Source: Eledone cirrhosa (lineage: Eukaryota). From it: DNA of 64,000 nucleotides. The stretch lies in contig OZ024743.1 in assembly GCA_964016885.1 (NCBI GenBank), forward strand, positions 273,854,001-273,918,000, read 5' to 3'. Numbering within the stretch: position 1 is the first letter of the stretch; every line of letters begins with the position of its first letter. Positions 13,092 to 28,402 of this stretch are shown piece by piece. Made by a program: the position numbers and the translations under genes. The notes under the pieces are model-generated. The model did no database searches. It saw only the letters and a program-made list of their open reading frames with translations, and was not told where the DNA came from.

Positions 13092-14970
13092 ATAGCAACC
13101 TCTGCCCCACATGGCCAGCAAGAGGCAGACCACCTACCATAACCTCAATGGCCAAGAAAATCCTCACAGAAACATGGAACGTGTGGACAAGAGCCATTCG
13201 GACACCCGAAAACCATGATGAACTAAAGAAAATGATTGCACATGCGGTGAGGGCCAGTATAAAACTAACCCTTAAGGAACAGATGTTCAAATTTAATGGA
13301 AAAACATATGCCCAAGAGGAGGCAGCTGCCATTGGTGTTAGCATTGCAGATGACATAGCTAACCTATTCATGGTATGGTGGGACAATAAACTTAAAGAAC
13401 AATTAGAAGACAGCAACCTCTTAAACCTGATAATGTACTCTCACTACGTTGATGATATAAACATCGTAGTAAAAACACCCAACTAGAGAATAGTAAGGAA
13501 TTAGAGAAAACACCATGGAAAGCATCCAGCAAATAGGTAACTCCATACACCAGCGTATGAGAGTTACTATAGACTACCCAAGCAAACACCCCAACCATCG
13601 ATTACCTGTACTAGACACAGAGCTCTGGTTAGAAACCATTAATAACAAAAAAGAAATCCTCCATTTCCATTATGCCAAACCCATGTCTTCAAAAATATCT
13701 GATCCACCGAAATTCAGCTGTTTCGGATCACACTAAAATCAACATACTGATTGCGGATTTAGTACGGGTGATGAGAAACGTGTCCCGCATGTGCAACCCC
13801 AAAGAACTAGAGAGACACATACAACACTTCATCCACCGTATGCAGTTCTCTGGTTACAATCAGAGAGATAAAATCAGAGTATATAGAGGAGCCAGAACCA
13901 AATGGGAAAAAATGGTAAATAATGATACAAATGGGACCTGACCGTTGTATAGGAGCAAATTTTGGAAAAGAATAGAGAGAACTAGGAATAAGGTTAAAAG
14001 AATAAACTCATGGTATGATAGCAGAGTGTAATGTTCATCAATACAACCACTAGAGGTGAATTAGCTTACACATTTAGAAGTGCCCTAGATAAACTTAAAC
14101 TAAATATTAAGATAGTAATACATACCCTTTTCAAAGACCTCCCTGTATAGATAAGAAATGCATAATCTATAAACTTAGCCCCCATATTAACTGTAAAACT
14201 AGAAACAGAGTATATAGCATAAGATGTACTGAAGGACAATGTAAATATATGAATATAGTGTACATAGGTGAGACAGCTCGTAGTATAGGAGAACGATTAA
14301 ATGAACACTCGCGAGAGTTTCAAGATAGAAAAGTTCATCAGTAATCCACCAACATGCTAAAATAGAACATAAGGGCAAATTAGAGAACAGAGAAATAAAA
14401 ATAAAATCTACACACAGAAAAGACGCAATGTTTAGACAAATCACAGAGGCAATAAACATAAATGAACTCCAACCAAAATTAAATAGAAAACATGAATGGA
14501 ATAGCAACATCACAACTTACAATTAAGGACAAAATGAAAACACACACACATAGAACAAACAACCAACCAGTGACATGTAAATAAACAAATAAATAAACAA
14601 ATAAAAACACACAGAGACACCCAGATGTAACACATGCGCAAACTAAGCACACAACACACACAAAAACAAGATGGCGTAGGACAGAACAAAGGAGAGGCAC
14701 AAAACAAAGAGAAGAATCCCTAGTCACTGAAGAGGTCACAGAATGTGTGACGAAAGAACTTTGACAATATATGAACAACCGTCCGGTTATGGAACCAACC
14801 AGCCGGATATTTAGAAATTCTTAAATTTATAAATTTAATTTATAAGAAATTGGAGTGAAACACCTGGTGCGTGTGTTTCTTATTTGCAACATGACCCTCC
14901 CAAAGTATAACAATATCGGTTTCAACACACGTTTTCAGATAAAGAATCTTGCTAAACAAATTCAGAAACG

Positions 14971-14972
<2 letters not shown>
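13092..14972 (+). mobile_element. Penelope-like element, subfamily A-like, 5'-truncated, degenerate
   Basis: ORF fragments 13148-13486, 13515-13736 and 13672-13941 match 807-2240. HHR at 14722-14765. Full 3' tail, flanked by (TA)n. Confidence 0.92.
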
Positions 14973-15044
<72 letters not shown>

Positions 15045-15084
15045 GGTATGTCAATATTTATTTATAAAACTGCTCTATATTATA

Positions 15085-15145
15085 TTTTATCTGATGAAAG
15101 CACACCATAATTTAACTTGGTGTCCTTGAAATATGTATAATGAAA
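15085..15145 (+). ncRNA. Type I hammerhead in a ~235-bp insert (15043-15276) within (TA)n
   Basis: ttttat-CTGATGA-aag.acacca/tggtgt.ctt-GAAA-tatgta-TA-atgaaa. Confidence 0.75.
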
Positions 15146-15276
15146 TAAATATGGTTTTATAAATATAGTTTCCATTTGTTAATATATCGTATTTTTACTC
15201 CAATAATTTGTTGAGTGCTTTATATCAGTTATAAAAATATTTGCTTGTTGTATCCCAACAATTTAAATAGGACTTC

Positions 15277-15309
<33 letters not shown>

Positions 15310-15338
15310 ATTACATATATATATATACATGTATGTTT

Positions 15339-15383
<45 letters not shown>

Positions 15384-15394
15384 CATATATATAC

Positions 15395-15432
<38 letters not shown>

Positions 15433-17226
15433 GAGTGAATATATGTTCACGCATATTCCCACAATCACACTATGAGAAAATATACATAAAGTGAACTGTT
15501 GTTTGCTCAACCAACCAGAATGTTCGACCAAGCTCTTATACTACCCTTTTATCCGCTAGGATCAATAAGTTAATTAATAGTAATCTATTGGGTGCGATCA
15601 ATGCATTACCGAATTTGTTTACAAATTATCTGGCCTTCAGCCAAAGTTAAATATCAATATTTATGTTGAGATCCGTTAGATGCAGGTAGTCTGTGTTAAA
15701 ACCTCAAGCGGAGACGAGAATCGCATCAATCTTTACCACTGGAAAATAAACTGGACTTGTTGGTTCAGGTATTTCTATTGAATCCTGACAGTGTAAATAT
15801 GTTATGAAAAACGGTCCAAATGTGAACATCCCTTTTGTCTGAGAGTGTATAGGATTGTATTAATCTAATGCATAATTTTGTCTTGCTCATATTTCACGAC
15901 CAGACAGTTCAGTTGATTGAAGAACTGGATCGTCACTCATTAAAACATACAAAGTTTCAATTCAGACCGATTCCATATCTCTCTTATTCGAAACATTCAT
16001 AAATTCGGAAACTTACATTAATATGTTTGCCCTTAGTTTGTAATAATTTGCCTTAGTTTGTAATAATTTTGAAAAGATTCGCAAATTGGAGGATTTATTA
16101 ATATAAGTAACAATTACATTATCACTTTAAGATAAAAACAAAATTGAATCAGTGAACCGAGGACGGTTTCATTCGGTCTGAAATCAAAAGTTTAAAAAAA
16201 TCAATATTTCTTCCCTGTTTGAGTTCTAAATCTGTCATATTTCAAAGTTTTATCATTTTCATTACTTTTTCATGACATTTTCAATGGAAATCAATCCATG
16301 TCCATGAGATTTTCGTGACACCTGTCGCTGTAGCAGGAAAGAAGAAGGTTACCATCAAACTACTACCTGTCATTAATGAAAGTAGCTGGTAGGTTTCTGA
16401 TACCGGGCTGCTGATTAAGTGTACCACGCCAAAGGAAAAGCGGCGTCACGCACGAACTTTAATATAACTCCGCCAACCACTTTACACTTACATGGTTTGG
16501 GTCTGCTCACATTAGTTTACAGTAGTATCGACCCGAAAACCACACAGTTGCAAACTGTTATTTATAATCATATATCAACCTTTAGGAGCGATAACTATAT
16601 ATATGTACATAAATATTTAACAGGTATGACAGCAAATACTCGAGATTCTGATTTAAAGACGCGTAAAAGCATATAAATATGACCTAACATTGATATATTT
16701 CTTAATGGTTATGTGTAAGAAGGGAAGTGCGCACGACACTTACAGAGATTTCTGGTCTGGTGTAAGAGACAGATCAAGTTATCCCTGAAGCGCAGACCTG
16801 GACTAACTGGTTATAAAAGATGTATCCCAATGGAGGTATTTAAACATCAGAGATACTGTTAAAACAACAAAGGAATTTAGTCGAAAAGTTGCTGCAGTAC
16901 GACATATATGTCTTCGATATTGATAAGAGAATATGTGGAACCGATGGATTCTATATATACTCTCACTCCGATCCTTATAAAATTACGCGTGTTTGACCCC
17001 CCCCCCCCCTGTGAGGACTCAGGAGAAACCCCAGTGTAACAAACTGCAAAGAACATTAATCTCTATTATATCATTGATCACTCATTCTCATGAAAGTCAA
17101 TACTAATACTTATATTAAAATTATCGTTGATATTATTGATGTAACTGAGATCACAGTGGTTTTGTGTATATACATACATATATATATAAACCAATCGAAC
17201 ATTATTATTATTCGATATACAACTCT

Positions 17227-17301
<75 letters not shown>

Positions 17302-18097
17302 GTGGAAAAGTAAGAAATTGGAGAATAGACCGTTAAAACATGTTTATTTAAAACAGCACATACGTACGTTTCGCCCAGTTGGGCTTCTCAAGGGAATAAA
17401 TAACCAAAAGTCTTCCTTACATTGCTCGGAAAGAGTTTTGAGGGTTAAATTCACGTCAAGGTTCATTGCTCGCAAAAAAATAGCTTGTTTTGATTTTGCA
17501 GCAGGTCAAGGGAGGTAACTCTGGCCAGTGTTAGGGTAGTCTTTCCCGGACAAATTTTTATCCGTTACAAGATGAGGTTACAACCTTACCATTGTCGATA
17601 CGCACAGGGTCGTGTTACCAACGCTTATTTTGAGACGTTTGTTTAACCGCACCTGTTTGCCTGGGTCGTTTGAGGCTGGTTCTGGTATGCATGGTTAGTT
17701 TTCTGGGTGTTATTTTGAAGCGCCTGCCCGCCGGGGTGTTAAAACTTGTTGCAGGGAGATCCGGTGCATGGTTTCACTCCTCATCCTTCACCCATCTGAA
17801 GAAGGATATTTTTAAGCGATGTGTACAACTTATCGCTGTTTCAGCTCTGCTGTTGATGAGCTCGTGGGGTGCAGTTATGATGTGGTAGAGCTCCATGACG
17901 CAAAGATCGCACTTCCTCTTGAAGTTGTACGATGCAGCCCTGCTGAAAATATCTCAGTGCGTGGAGAAGCTGATGTTTAAGTCCTTTAGTGATGTGATGT
18001 AGTCTGCGAGCGAAGTGGAGTGTCTTAGTTTTTTATTTGTGAAAGAGTGGATATGTGTTCGAAACCTAATTTTGAACGGGCCAGAGGTAGCCCCTAC
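17302..18097 (-). mobile_element. Hydra-like PLE 3' remnant (GIY-YIG C-terminus + 3' region)
   Basis: Minus frame VGATSGPFKIRFRTHIHSF...STSLADYI...CDLCVMELYHII. HHR variant at 17356-17396. Confidence 0.8.
17356..17396 (-). ncRNA. Hammerhead-like motif with U3-A8 core (stem I degenerate)
   Basis: TTGAGAA-gccc aact gggc-GAAA-cgtacg-TA. Confidence 0.55.
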
Positions 18098-18118
18098 CGT
18101 TCAAAATTAGGTTTCGAA

Positions 18119-18456
18119 GATCATAAGATCGTCCATAAAGAGGAGGTGATTGATGGTAAGCTCTCCCTTTCCCAACTTGTATCCTGCTCTCACTTTTCGC
18201 AGTATAATGATCAGGCGCATCAGGGCAAGGACAAACAACAGAGAGGACAGACTATCTCCCTGGAAGATACCTCTCTTGATCTTCAAGCCTCCCAAGGATT
18301 TCTCCAGCTGATGTTAACTCTGTTTTCCAGGACTTCATACTTTTGCTCAACAACTGTCTGATGTTATCTGCCACATTGAAGATCTCTAGGCTTTTGGTGA
18401 TCCAAGAATGAGGCACCATGTCAAATGCCTTTTTGTAGTCTAGACCAGTGTGTCTC
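18119..18456 (-). mobile_element. R4/Dong-type LINE RT fragment abutting (TAA)n
   Basis: [38 protein letters not shown] (TAA)n tract at 18458-18490 lies at its 5' truncation. Confidence 0.8.
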
Positions 18457-18576
<120 letters not shown>

Positions 18577-18577
18577 A

Positions 18578-18651
<74 letters not shown>

Positions 18652-18797
18652 TATTTTCCGTTGTGTTGTAATATAAATATTACACACAGTAGATTATCAG
18701 CTCACGTAGAGTTTGCTCGACGGTTCCAGTTGTAGTTCCAAAAGTAATCCGGAGAAAAATAGAAAGATTTGAATGGATACAGTTTAGTTGAAAGGAA

Positions 18798-18906
18798 TTT
18801 ATTGACACGTGTTTCTATAACAGTTACATAACCTAAAACAGCTATCTACAAACTTTTAGTTATGCAGACATTCAATATTTCAATGTTATTATTTCATCAG
18901 AATAAT
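18798..18906 (-). ncRNA. Hammerhead with enlarged branched stem II in a PLE 3' remnant (~18650-19110)
   Basis: ttatt-CTGATGA-..ataaca...tgttat.-GAAA-cacgtg-TC-aataa, with palindromic stem III and a GUC site. Confidence 0.75.
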
Positions 18907-19466
18907 ATTACTGAGGACCTATTTAGTTTTTATAGAGAATATTAGGAGGGAGGGGTGAAGTTGTTAGAAGAATAGTTGAAGGAGTGGTTTTTCGATAGCA
19001 GTGAGAATTCTTGGTGGCAGTGAGTAATTAGATTCCCATCTGTTGTTTTGACATTTTTTATAGAATATATTATTGGTTATTTTTCTAAATCTATAGAAGG
19101 ATTAGAGATAGTAAAGATATGCGTGGTTGGTTTTGTGTTTGCACTTAACATTCAGACTTAAATTTTTCTTTCAAGTGTACGTATTCTTTCACCCACGCAT
19201 TCACACACAAATATATTTGCACACCTCTACAAAATACATATACTCACAATTCACATATTCATACTTACATATATATACACATGCATACACATATATATAC
19301 ACACATGTATTCATGTACATACATACGCGCTCATGTGTATACATTTTCATACTCAACTTATCTTTATATATACACACGTATAGACACACACATATATACA
19401 TACATACTCTAGTCCATGTGTACACACATACACATACATACACATCCATATACACATACATACATA

Positions 19467-19532
<66 letters not shown>

Positions 19533-19967
19533 CATACATATACATATATACACACATATACATATACACACACACATACACATATATATAAGCACTTTAA
19601 TACATGAATACACTTACATCTAACTATACACATCAAACATATATATATATTTACTTATTTATATACATTTTCACATATATATACATACTTATGGACGTTT
19701 TTAGACACATTCATTATCGCATATTTGTACCTATTCTCATCAGCATATATTTTCATTATTAGTATGGTAATTTAAGGTTATTAATATATGTTGAGAAGAG
19801 ATTGTTTTTATATTTTTCTAACTAGATTAAGGTTTATATAGTTGGGGGATGTCCCTCTTTTATGTAATATTCTGCTTGTAGTGGGAAAAAAGGGTTTTAG
19901 TTCTGTGACGGCAGAATATATATATATATATATATATATATAAAGATATATATATATATATATATAA

Positions 19968-20155
<188 letters not shown>

Positions 20156-20172
20156 TTATATATATATATATA

Positions 20173-21047
20173 CGAGGTGCGTCAGAAAAGTTCCAGGACT
20201 GATGTAACTAAATATTTATTTCAAACCCAAACTTCACACTAAGAGTTTTCTCCTTCAAAGTAATCCCCCTGGAGTCTAATTCACTTTTCCATCCTTTTCT
20301 GCCACATTTGCATGCACTCCTGGAAGCATTCTTCCGGGATCCTCCGCAGTTCGTCGTCACGGACTTGTTGATATCCACGTCTTCAAAACGGGTTCGCTGC
20401 TGGTCGTACTCGAAGATCCATGACTGTCCCTAGCAAGTCTAGTTCGGTTTCAAGATGGTCGAGGATGACCTGGCACACTTGCATGCGTCGACCTTTCTGG
20501 TCATCGTTCAGCAGTTTTGGCGCCATCTTCGGGCAGACTTTCCGCATGTTCAAATCTCCAGTGAGAATCTTCCAGACGCTGTCCCGATTCATGTCTAGCG
20601 CATTTGCCATCTGTCGAACTGTCAGCCGACGATCGTTACACACCATCTGCCTGACGCGCTCAACGTTGACCTCAGTCCTGGTTATTGAGGGCCTTCCGTT
20701 CCTGGGGTCATCTTCCACGTCCTCGCGTCCTTCTTTAAACATCTTGCACCACTCAAAAACACGTGAGCGTGACATTGTCTCATCTCCATACACTTGCTGC
20801 AGCAATCCCAGTGCTTCTGACGGAGCTTTCAAATTTGTTCGTTGCTCTGTGCTCATTGATTGACGACCTGAAACAGAGGAAATGTATATAAAATTATGAA
20901 GAAAAAGATTTGATCGCCGCAGAGAGCTAAGATTACAGTTACATACTCCAGGGGGATTACTTTGAAGGAGAACACTCTTAGTGTGAACATTGGGTTTGAA
21001 ATAAATCCTTTGTGATATCACTCCTGGAACTTTTCTGACACACCTCG
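20173..21047 (-). mobile_element. Internally deleted mariner element with ~100-bp TIRs in a TA target
   Basis: TA|CGAGGTGCGTCAGAAAAGTTCCAGGA...TCCTGGAACTTTTCTGACACACCTCG|TA. HTH region VFEWCKMFKEGREDVEDDPRNGRP...RRLTVR...KVCPKMAPKLL is present but no complete catalytic domain. Confidence 0.9.
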
Positions 21048-21327
21048 TATATATATATATTTTATATAGTTCATATTATTTAAAAGACTGTCATTGGCTG
21101 GGATTTATTTTTACATATGATTAACAATATTTGACATATAGAAATTGTACGATCCGGTAATGGATGGATATGGTCTCTATTAATCTTGGAAATATATGGA
21201 GGATCATACTTTTAAAGTCAATCTCTTGACCGGAAATTCTTTCTGTCCGATGTAAACGTTAATTAAGTAAATCTTTGTGTAGAGCCCCTCTCGTTGAAAA
21301 TAGAACGCAACGAAAAGTGTAGTAATA

Positions 21328-22398
21328 CAGTGTAGAAAGGCCCTGAGAAAGACCCACTTAAAAATAAAGGTGGTAGAAAAGCCAGGAACCACCATAAAAC
21401 CCCTGATCAGCAAAACCTACCCTTTTAAGAAAACTCACTGTACCAATACGAAATGTATCATATGTAAGGTGAACCCCGGATAAACTCTAAAGCTAGAAAC
21501 GTAGTCTATAGCATAAGATGTACAGAGGGTACTTGCAGAAACATGACAACAACATACATAGGTGAGACAGCTCGTAGCATAGGTGAAAGGATAGACCAAC
21601 ACTGGGGGGAACTAAAAGGACGAAAAAACGGGTCAGTACTATACGAACATGCTAGACAACAACATGGCGGTAACATAGACAACATAGAAATTAGAATAAT
21701 ATCTAAACATAGAAATGACCCAGCAGATAGGCAAATCAGAGAGGCCAGTGAAATAGAAATTAGAAGACCAAGGCTAAACAGAAACAATGAATGGAATAAC
21801 AACAGCACCCAAACAAACAACACTGACCTAAGAGAAGTATAAATAAGTAAATAAAATAAAATAAATAAATAAATAAATAAATACATACACAAGCACAATA
21901 ACAACAAGCACATAAACACACACTAGTCACCCATCACACAGCATACAAAACACTATACACACACGCAAACGCATGCGCAAAGAAGACAAAATAAAATAAA
22001 CAAACAAGCAAATAAATAAATAAATAAATATATAGACAGACTGAATAAAAATGGCGTAGACATACAATACAACAGGAGGAGAATATAGCACCACTGACGA
22101 TGTTGCAGATGTGCAACGAAAGATTTATGATAAACTATATATATATGTGTTTGTGTCTATATTGTATGTGTATTATTTTTGACCGTCGGTCAGTCAATGG
22201 CAACATTGAGGACCGAGTAAGTTAGATTACCGATATAAAAGACACAGAAGCGAGAAGCGAAAACCAACCATACAGTGAGTGTGTTCTCTTATTAATTATG
22301 GCAATATTGCACGAATATGACCCTCCCCAAGTATAACAATATTTGTTTCGACACACGATTTCATATAAAAAACCTCGCAAAACTAATTCATCGCCGTT
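21328..22398 (+). mobile_element. PLE subfamily B 3' fragment (GIY-YIG + 3' region)
   Basis: Highly similar to 7935-9014, including YIGETARSIGERI. Confidence 0.9.
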
Positions 22399-22424
22399 AT
22401 ATATATATATATAACGGCGATGAA

Positions 22425-22574
22425 GCCATGCTTTCCAGCATAGTTACGTCCCTTTGCGGTCTGAGTTCAAATCCCGCCGAGGTTAACTTTGCCTTTCATC
22501 CTTACGGGGTCGATAAAATAAAGTACCAGTAATGTACTGGGTGATTGATGGCCTTGTGCCAAAAGTAGAAACAG

Positions 22575-22575
<1 letters not shown>
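22425..22575 (+). mobile_element. tRNA-derived SINE family 1, partial
   Basis: GAGTTCAAATCCCGCC B-box plus GCCTTTCATCCTTACGGGGTCGATAAA (Nin-like core). Matches 60148-60335. Confidence 0.8.
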
Positions 22576-22616
<41 letters not shown>

Positions 22617-22731
22617 AGATTTACATATATATATAAAGTCATAGATATATATGTGTTTTGCAACAGGTCACATTGTGGCTCAATGAGAAATTAATAAATT
22701 AAATAAAATAATCAGAGCAAATATATCATAA

Positions 22732-22778
<47 letters not shown>

Positions 22779-22989
22779 TGTATATATATATATATATAGA
22801 TATAGATATATATATAGATATATATGTAGATATATATGAATCAAATAGATATATATAGAGAGAGATAGGCAGAATTCTAGGAGAAGGAAAACTCTGATAT
22901 AACACCTGCAACCCTGATGGTAACCAATGATGTTCACTTATTCTTCGTTTTGGTAAATATCATCTTAGTTAAGAGAGTGGGATTGGCTT

Positions 22990-23245
22990 TGTCCAGTGCC
23001 TTTGCTCACTATAAAAGATTCACAGCACAGGCATTGCTTTATATCTGGAGATCATTCAGCACGTGTCGTCACATGGTACCATAGGCCCAGCACTATGTGT
23101 CAATAATTGTCACAAGTGTAGTGTTTGTGCCAGAGTTTTCAAGTCGCTGGCTGGACTAAAATGTCACTCGTTGCGCGCATCGGTAGGGTTTCTCCTACAT
23201 CGATATAAAGTAGTGGCCGTACGCGAAAACGAGTTGGCAGCCACC
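22990..23245 (+). mobile_element. LINE 3' end with C-terminal C2H2 finger (probably RTE-type); second copy 45731-45897
   Basis: [15 protein letters not shown]...H followed by a short 3' UTR. Two related copies. Confidence 0.55.
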
Positions 23246-23440
23246 ATATATATAGAGAGATAGATAGATAAATATACACGGGTGTGTATGATTGTGTATA
23301 GAAGATTTTATATATATATATGTATATATATATATAATCTGTTATTTTAATAAATATTTGTTCTACGGTTCTTATATATTTGATATATACTTATTCATAT
23401 CGAGCCCTCTTTGGATTTTAGTCTTCAAATGTATTATTAT

Positions 23441-23568
<128 letters not shown>

Positions 23569-23596
23569 ATAATAATACATATATATAGTAATAATA

Positions 23597-23663
<67 letters not shown>

Positions 23664-23768
23664 GATAGAGAGAGATTTTTAGTATATGTTAGTTGTATAC
23701 CAACACCTCAGTATGTAAGTTGGAGCACTCGACGAAGTGCGCAGGTTGATTTGGTTACTCCGCAGTAA

Positions 23769-24725
23769 TCTATATATATACAACTGTGGTTGTCTGTCTG
23801 TCTATCGATTTTTGGCACACATCTCCTCTTAGAATCTCTCACGGAATTGCACCGAAATTGCTATCCTTGTACATTGAGCCCTAGCGAAGACATCGGAAAA
23901 AAAAATATTTCAAATTGACCCGCCCTATGTGACGAAATCGAATATAATGTATCGATTTTTGAGCGTAAGTTATCAGTTATTTCCCTTTGTTCTGTTTACA
24001 TTGAGCGTCTTACGTAAAAAATTACGCTGGCTTTCTCAGCGTTTAAAATGACATAGCAAAATATTGACCTGCAAAATTCATCAGTTCGAACACTAAGCTT
24101 CCGTTTTGCTTCATTTCCATTTAAAAGCATTTTAAAACAATATTTTTACTTGAAAACAAGTCTATTTAAAGACTACGTAAAACAAGCAAATATTTCGTCG
24201 TTAGGCGTGCAGACAGACAGTCGTGCAGACAGACAGTCGTGCAGAGAGGTGATATACGCGTGCAGACAGACAGTCGTGCAGAGAGGTGATATAGGCGTGC
24301 AGACAGACAGTCGTGCAGAGAGGTGATATAGGCGTGCAGACAGACAGTCGTGCAGAGAGGTGATATAGGCGTGCAGACAGATAGTCGTGCAGAGAGGTGA
24401 TATAGGCGTGCAGACAGACATAACTGATAATTTGGTTACGCTAATGTTTTTCTCTGCGTTGCAGTGTTTACATTTTCGATCTTTGTTAATAAATAACCAG
24501 TGCAGTTTCTATCCCCAGCATCCTCTTTTGTTATAACATTCGGGTTATCGTTATGTTTTCTTAACTTCATAAGGCATATTGTTGGTTGAGGGAATATTAA
24601 TCAAAAACACCACATGCAAGTCTGCACAGTAGACACTACAGTTTTTAAGCCACAAAAGAAACTTAACATTGTAACTTTAACACAGCTACTGAGCGACCCC
24701 GAGCAACGCCGGGCTTTACTGCTAG
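23769..24725 (+). mobile_element. Non-autonomous Helitron with internal 37-bp minisatellite
   Basis: A|TC 5' end, GTCT repeats, subterminal hairpin CCCGAGCAACGCCGGG, CTAG|T 3' end, no TSD. Confidence 0.85.
24203..24420. repeat. Minisatellite, 37-bp unit GGCGTGCAGACAGACAGTCGTGCAGAGAGGTGATATA, ~5-6 copies
   Basis: Direct tandem copies. Confidence 0.95.
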
Positions 24726-25166
24726 TGTTAAATAAAGTAAAATAAATAAGTCAAATGTTTAAAATTTAGTTTCGTTTATTACTGCTATATATATTTCGGT
24801 GACAGCCATCTTTGAGTGTGACCTCTTCAGGCAGTCCGAATTAATGTGGTATAGACAAGTACATATGTTGTTGAGGTGTATAATTTTGTCAATACTCTGA
24901 TATGCCCAGTTCCTGGTTGGGTTGTTATTTCACTGAGGAACTGGAATGATATGATTCCAGTTCCTCAGTGAAATAACAACCCAACCAGGAACTGGGCATA
25001 TCAGAGTATTGACAAAATTATACACCTCAACAACATATGTACTTGTCTATACCACATTAATTCGGACTGCCTGAAGAGGTCACACATAAAGATGGCTGTC
25101 ACCAAAATATATATAGCAGTAATAAACGAAACTAAATTTTAAACATTTGACTTATTTATTTTACTT

Positions 25167-25173
<7 letters not shown>
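24726..25173. mobile_element. ORF-less palindromic PLE remnant (~220-bp arms); putative tail 23677-23768 displaced by the Helitron
   Basis: Near-perfect inverted repeat centred at ~24950 with an HHR in each arm. Confidence 0.82.
24781..24835 (-). ncRNA. Type I hammerhead (mirror copy 25066-25120 + has GAAA>AAAA)
   Basis: actgc-CTGAAGA-ggt.aca...tgt.acc-GAAA-tatata-TA-gcagt. Confidence 0.78.
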
Positions 25174-27513
<2,340 letters not shown>

Positions 27514-28402
27514 AACCAGTAAGACCCCGACAGCTGAGCTCAAGCCGTTTCGACGGCTAATTCTGGACTAAATGAAAATTTATCCTGGTATTTAAATAGC
27601 CGATCTTCTCAAGGGGTAATTCCATATATGGTCAAAGTGATTGTCAAAAATCAGTAGTAATTCTGTGGTTGCAAATTAGTAGGGGAGATGGTGGCTAAAC
27701 CTGCCAGTAGGAGAAAGAGGGGAGGGGGTGGAGTAGACCCAATCAAGCGTTGGTAGTGCCAGCTACAGCTGGGCATGAGGTCAAAGAAGATACAGGGGAG
27801 GGGGAGGGGGAGGAAGTCGGAACGGTAGGTAGAACAATGGGGGGTAGAAATAGGAAAGAGAAAAAAAAAAAAAAAAAAAAAAAAATACTGAGAGTGAAGA
27901 AAGGCAAATAAGTGTAAAGAAAAGTAAAGTAAATTAAATTCTACGACCTAGGTGTCAGGCTATTGTTAGGCGAGAATAAAATAAAGAAAGAAAGAAAGAA
28001 GTAAAAAAATAAAAAATAAAAAAATGAATAAATAAGGAAATAAGTAAGAGAACTAGGTGGGACGGGTAAGGCAAGGACCCTTTTAAGAGGTATAAGTACG
28101 TAAATGATACGGTGACGGGTCAACAAAAGGGGCCAAAATACTAAAGAGACTACCACGAAATAAACAATAAAGGTTTCCATCCCGGGCCAGCAACGACCCA
28201 GTGCAGCAAAGTGAACTTGTACGAGATAATAATTCTGAGTCCCGAGAAAAATATATACTAATGCTAACTCTAAAAGATCTAAAACAAGCTACATGAAAGT
28301 TCGTACGAAATAAAGGTAGAATACGGAGAAATAAATTCAGAATCCACCCCGCCCAGAAGAAGAGCGAAGCAAGAAATACTGAAACGAAAAAATAAGGCAT
28401 GT

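Noticed and set aside
13939-13941. In-frame TGA at a position that is Cys in sister copies (possible selenocysteine, as known for some Naiad PLEs)
   Set aside because: The other copies have TGC, this copy has many other stops and frameshifts, and no SECIS was recognised. A TGC>TGA decay mutation is simpler.
24203-24420. 37-bp repeats resembling a CRISPR array
   Set aside because: No unique spacers and no cas genes. It is a contiguous minisatellite inside a eukaryotic Helitron.
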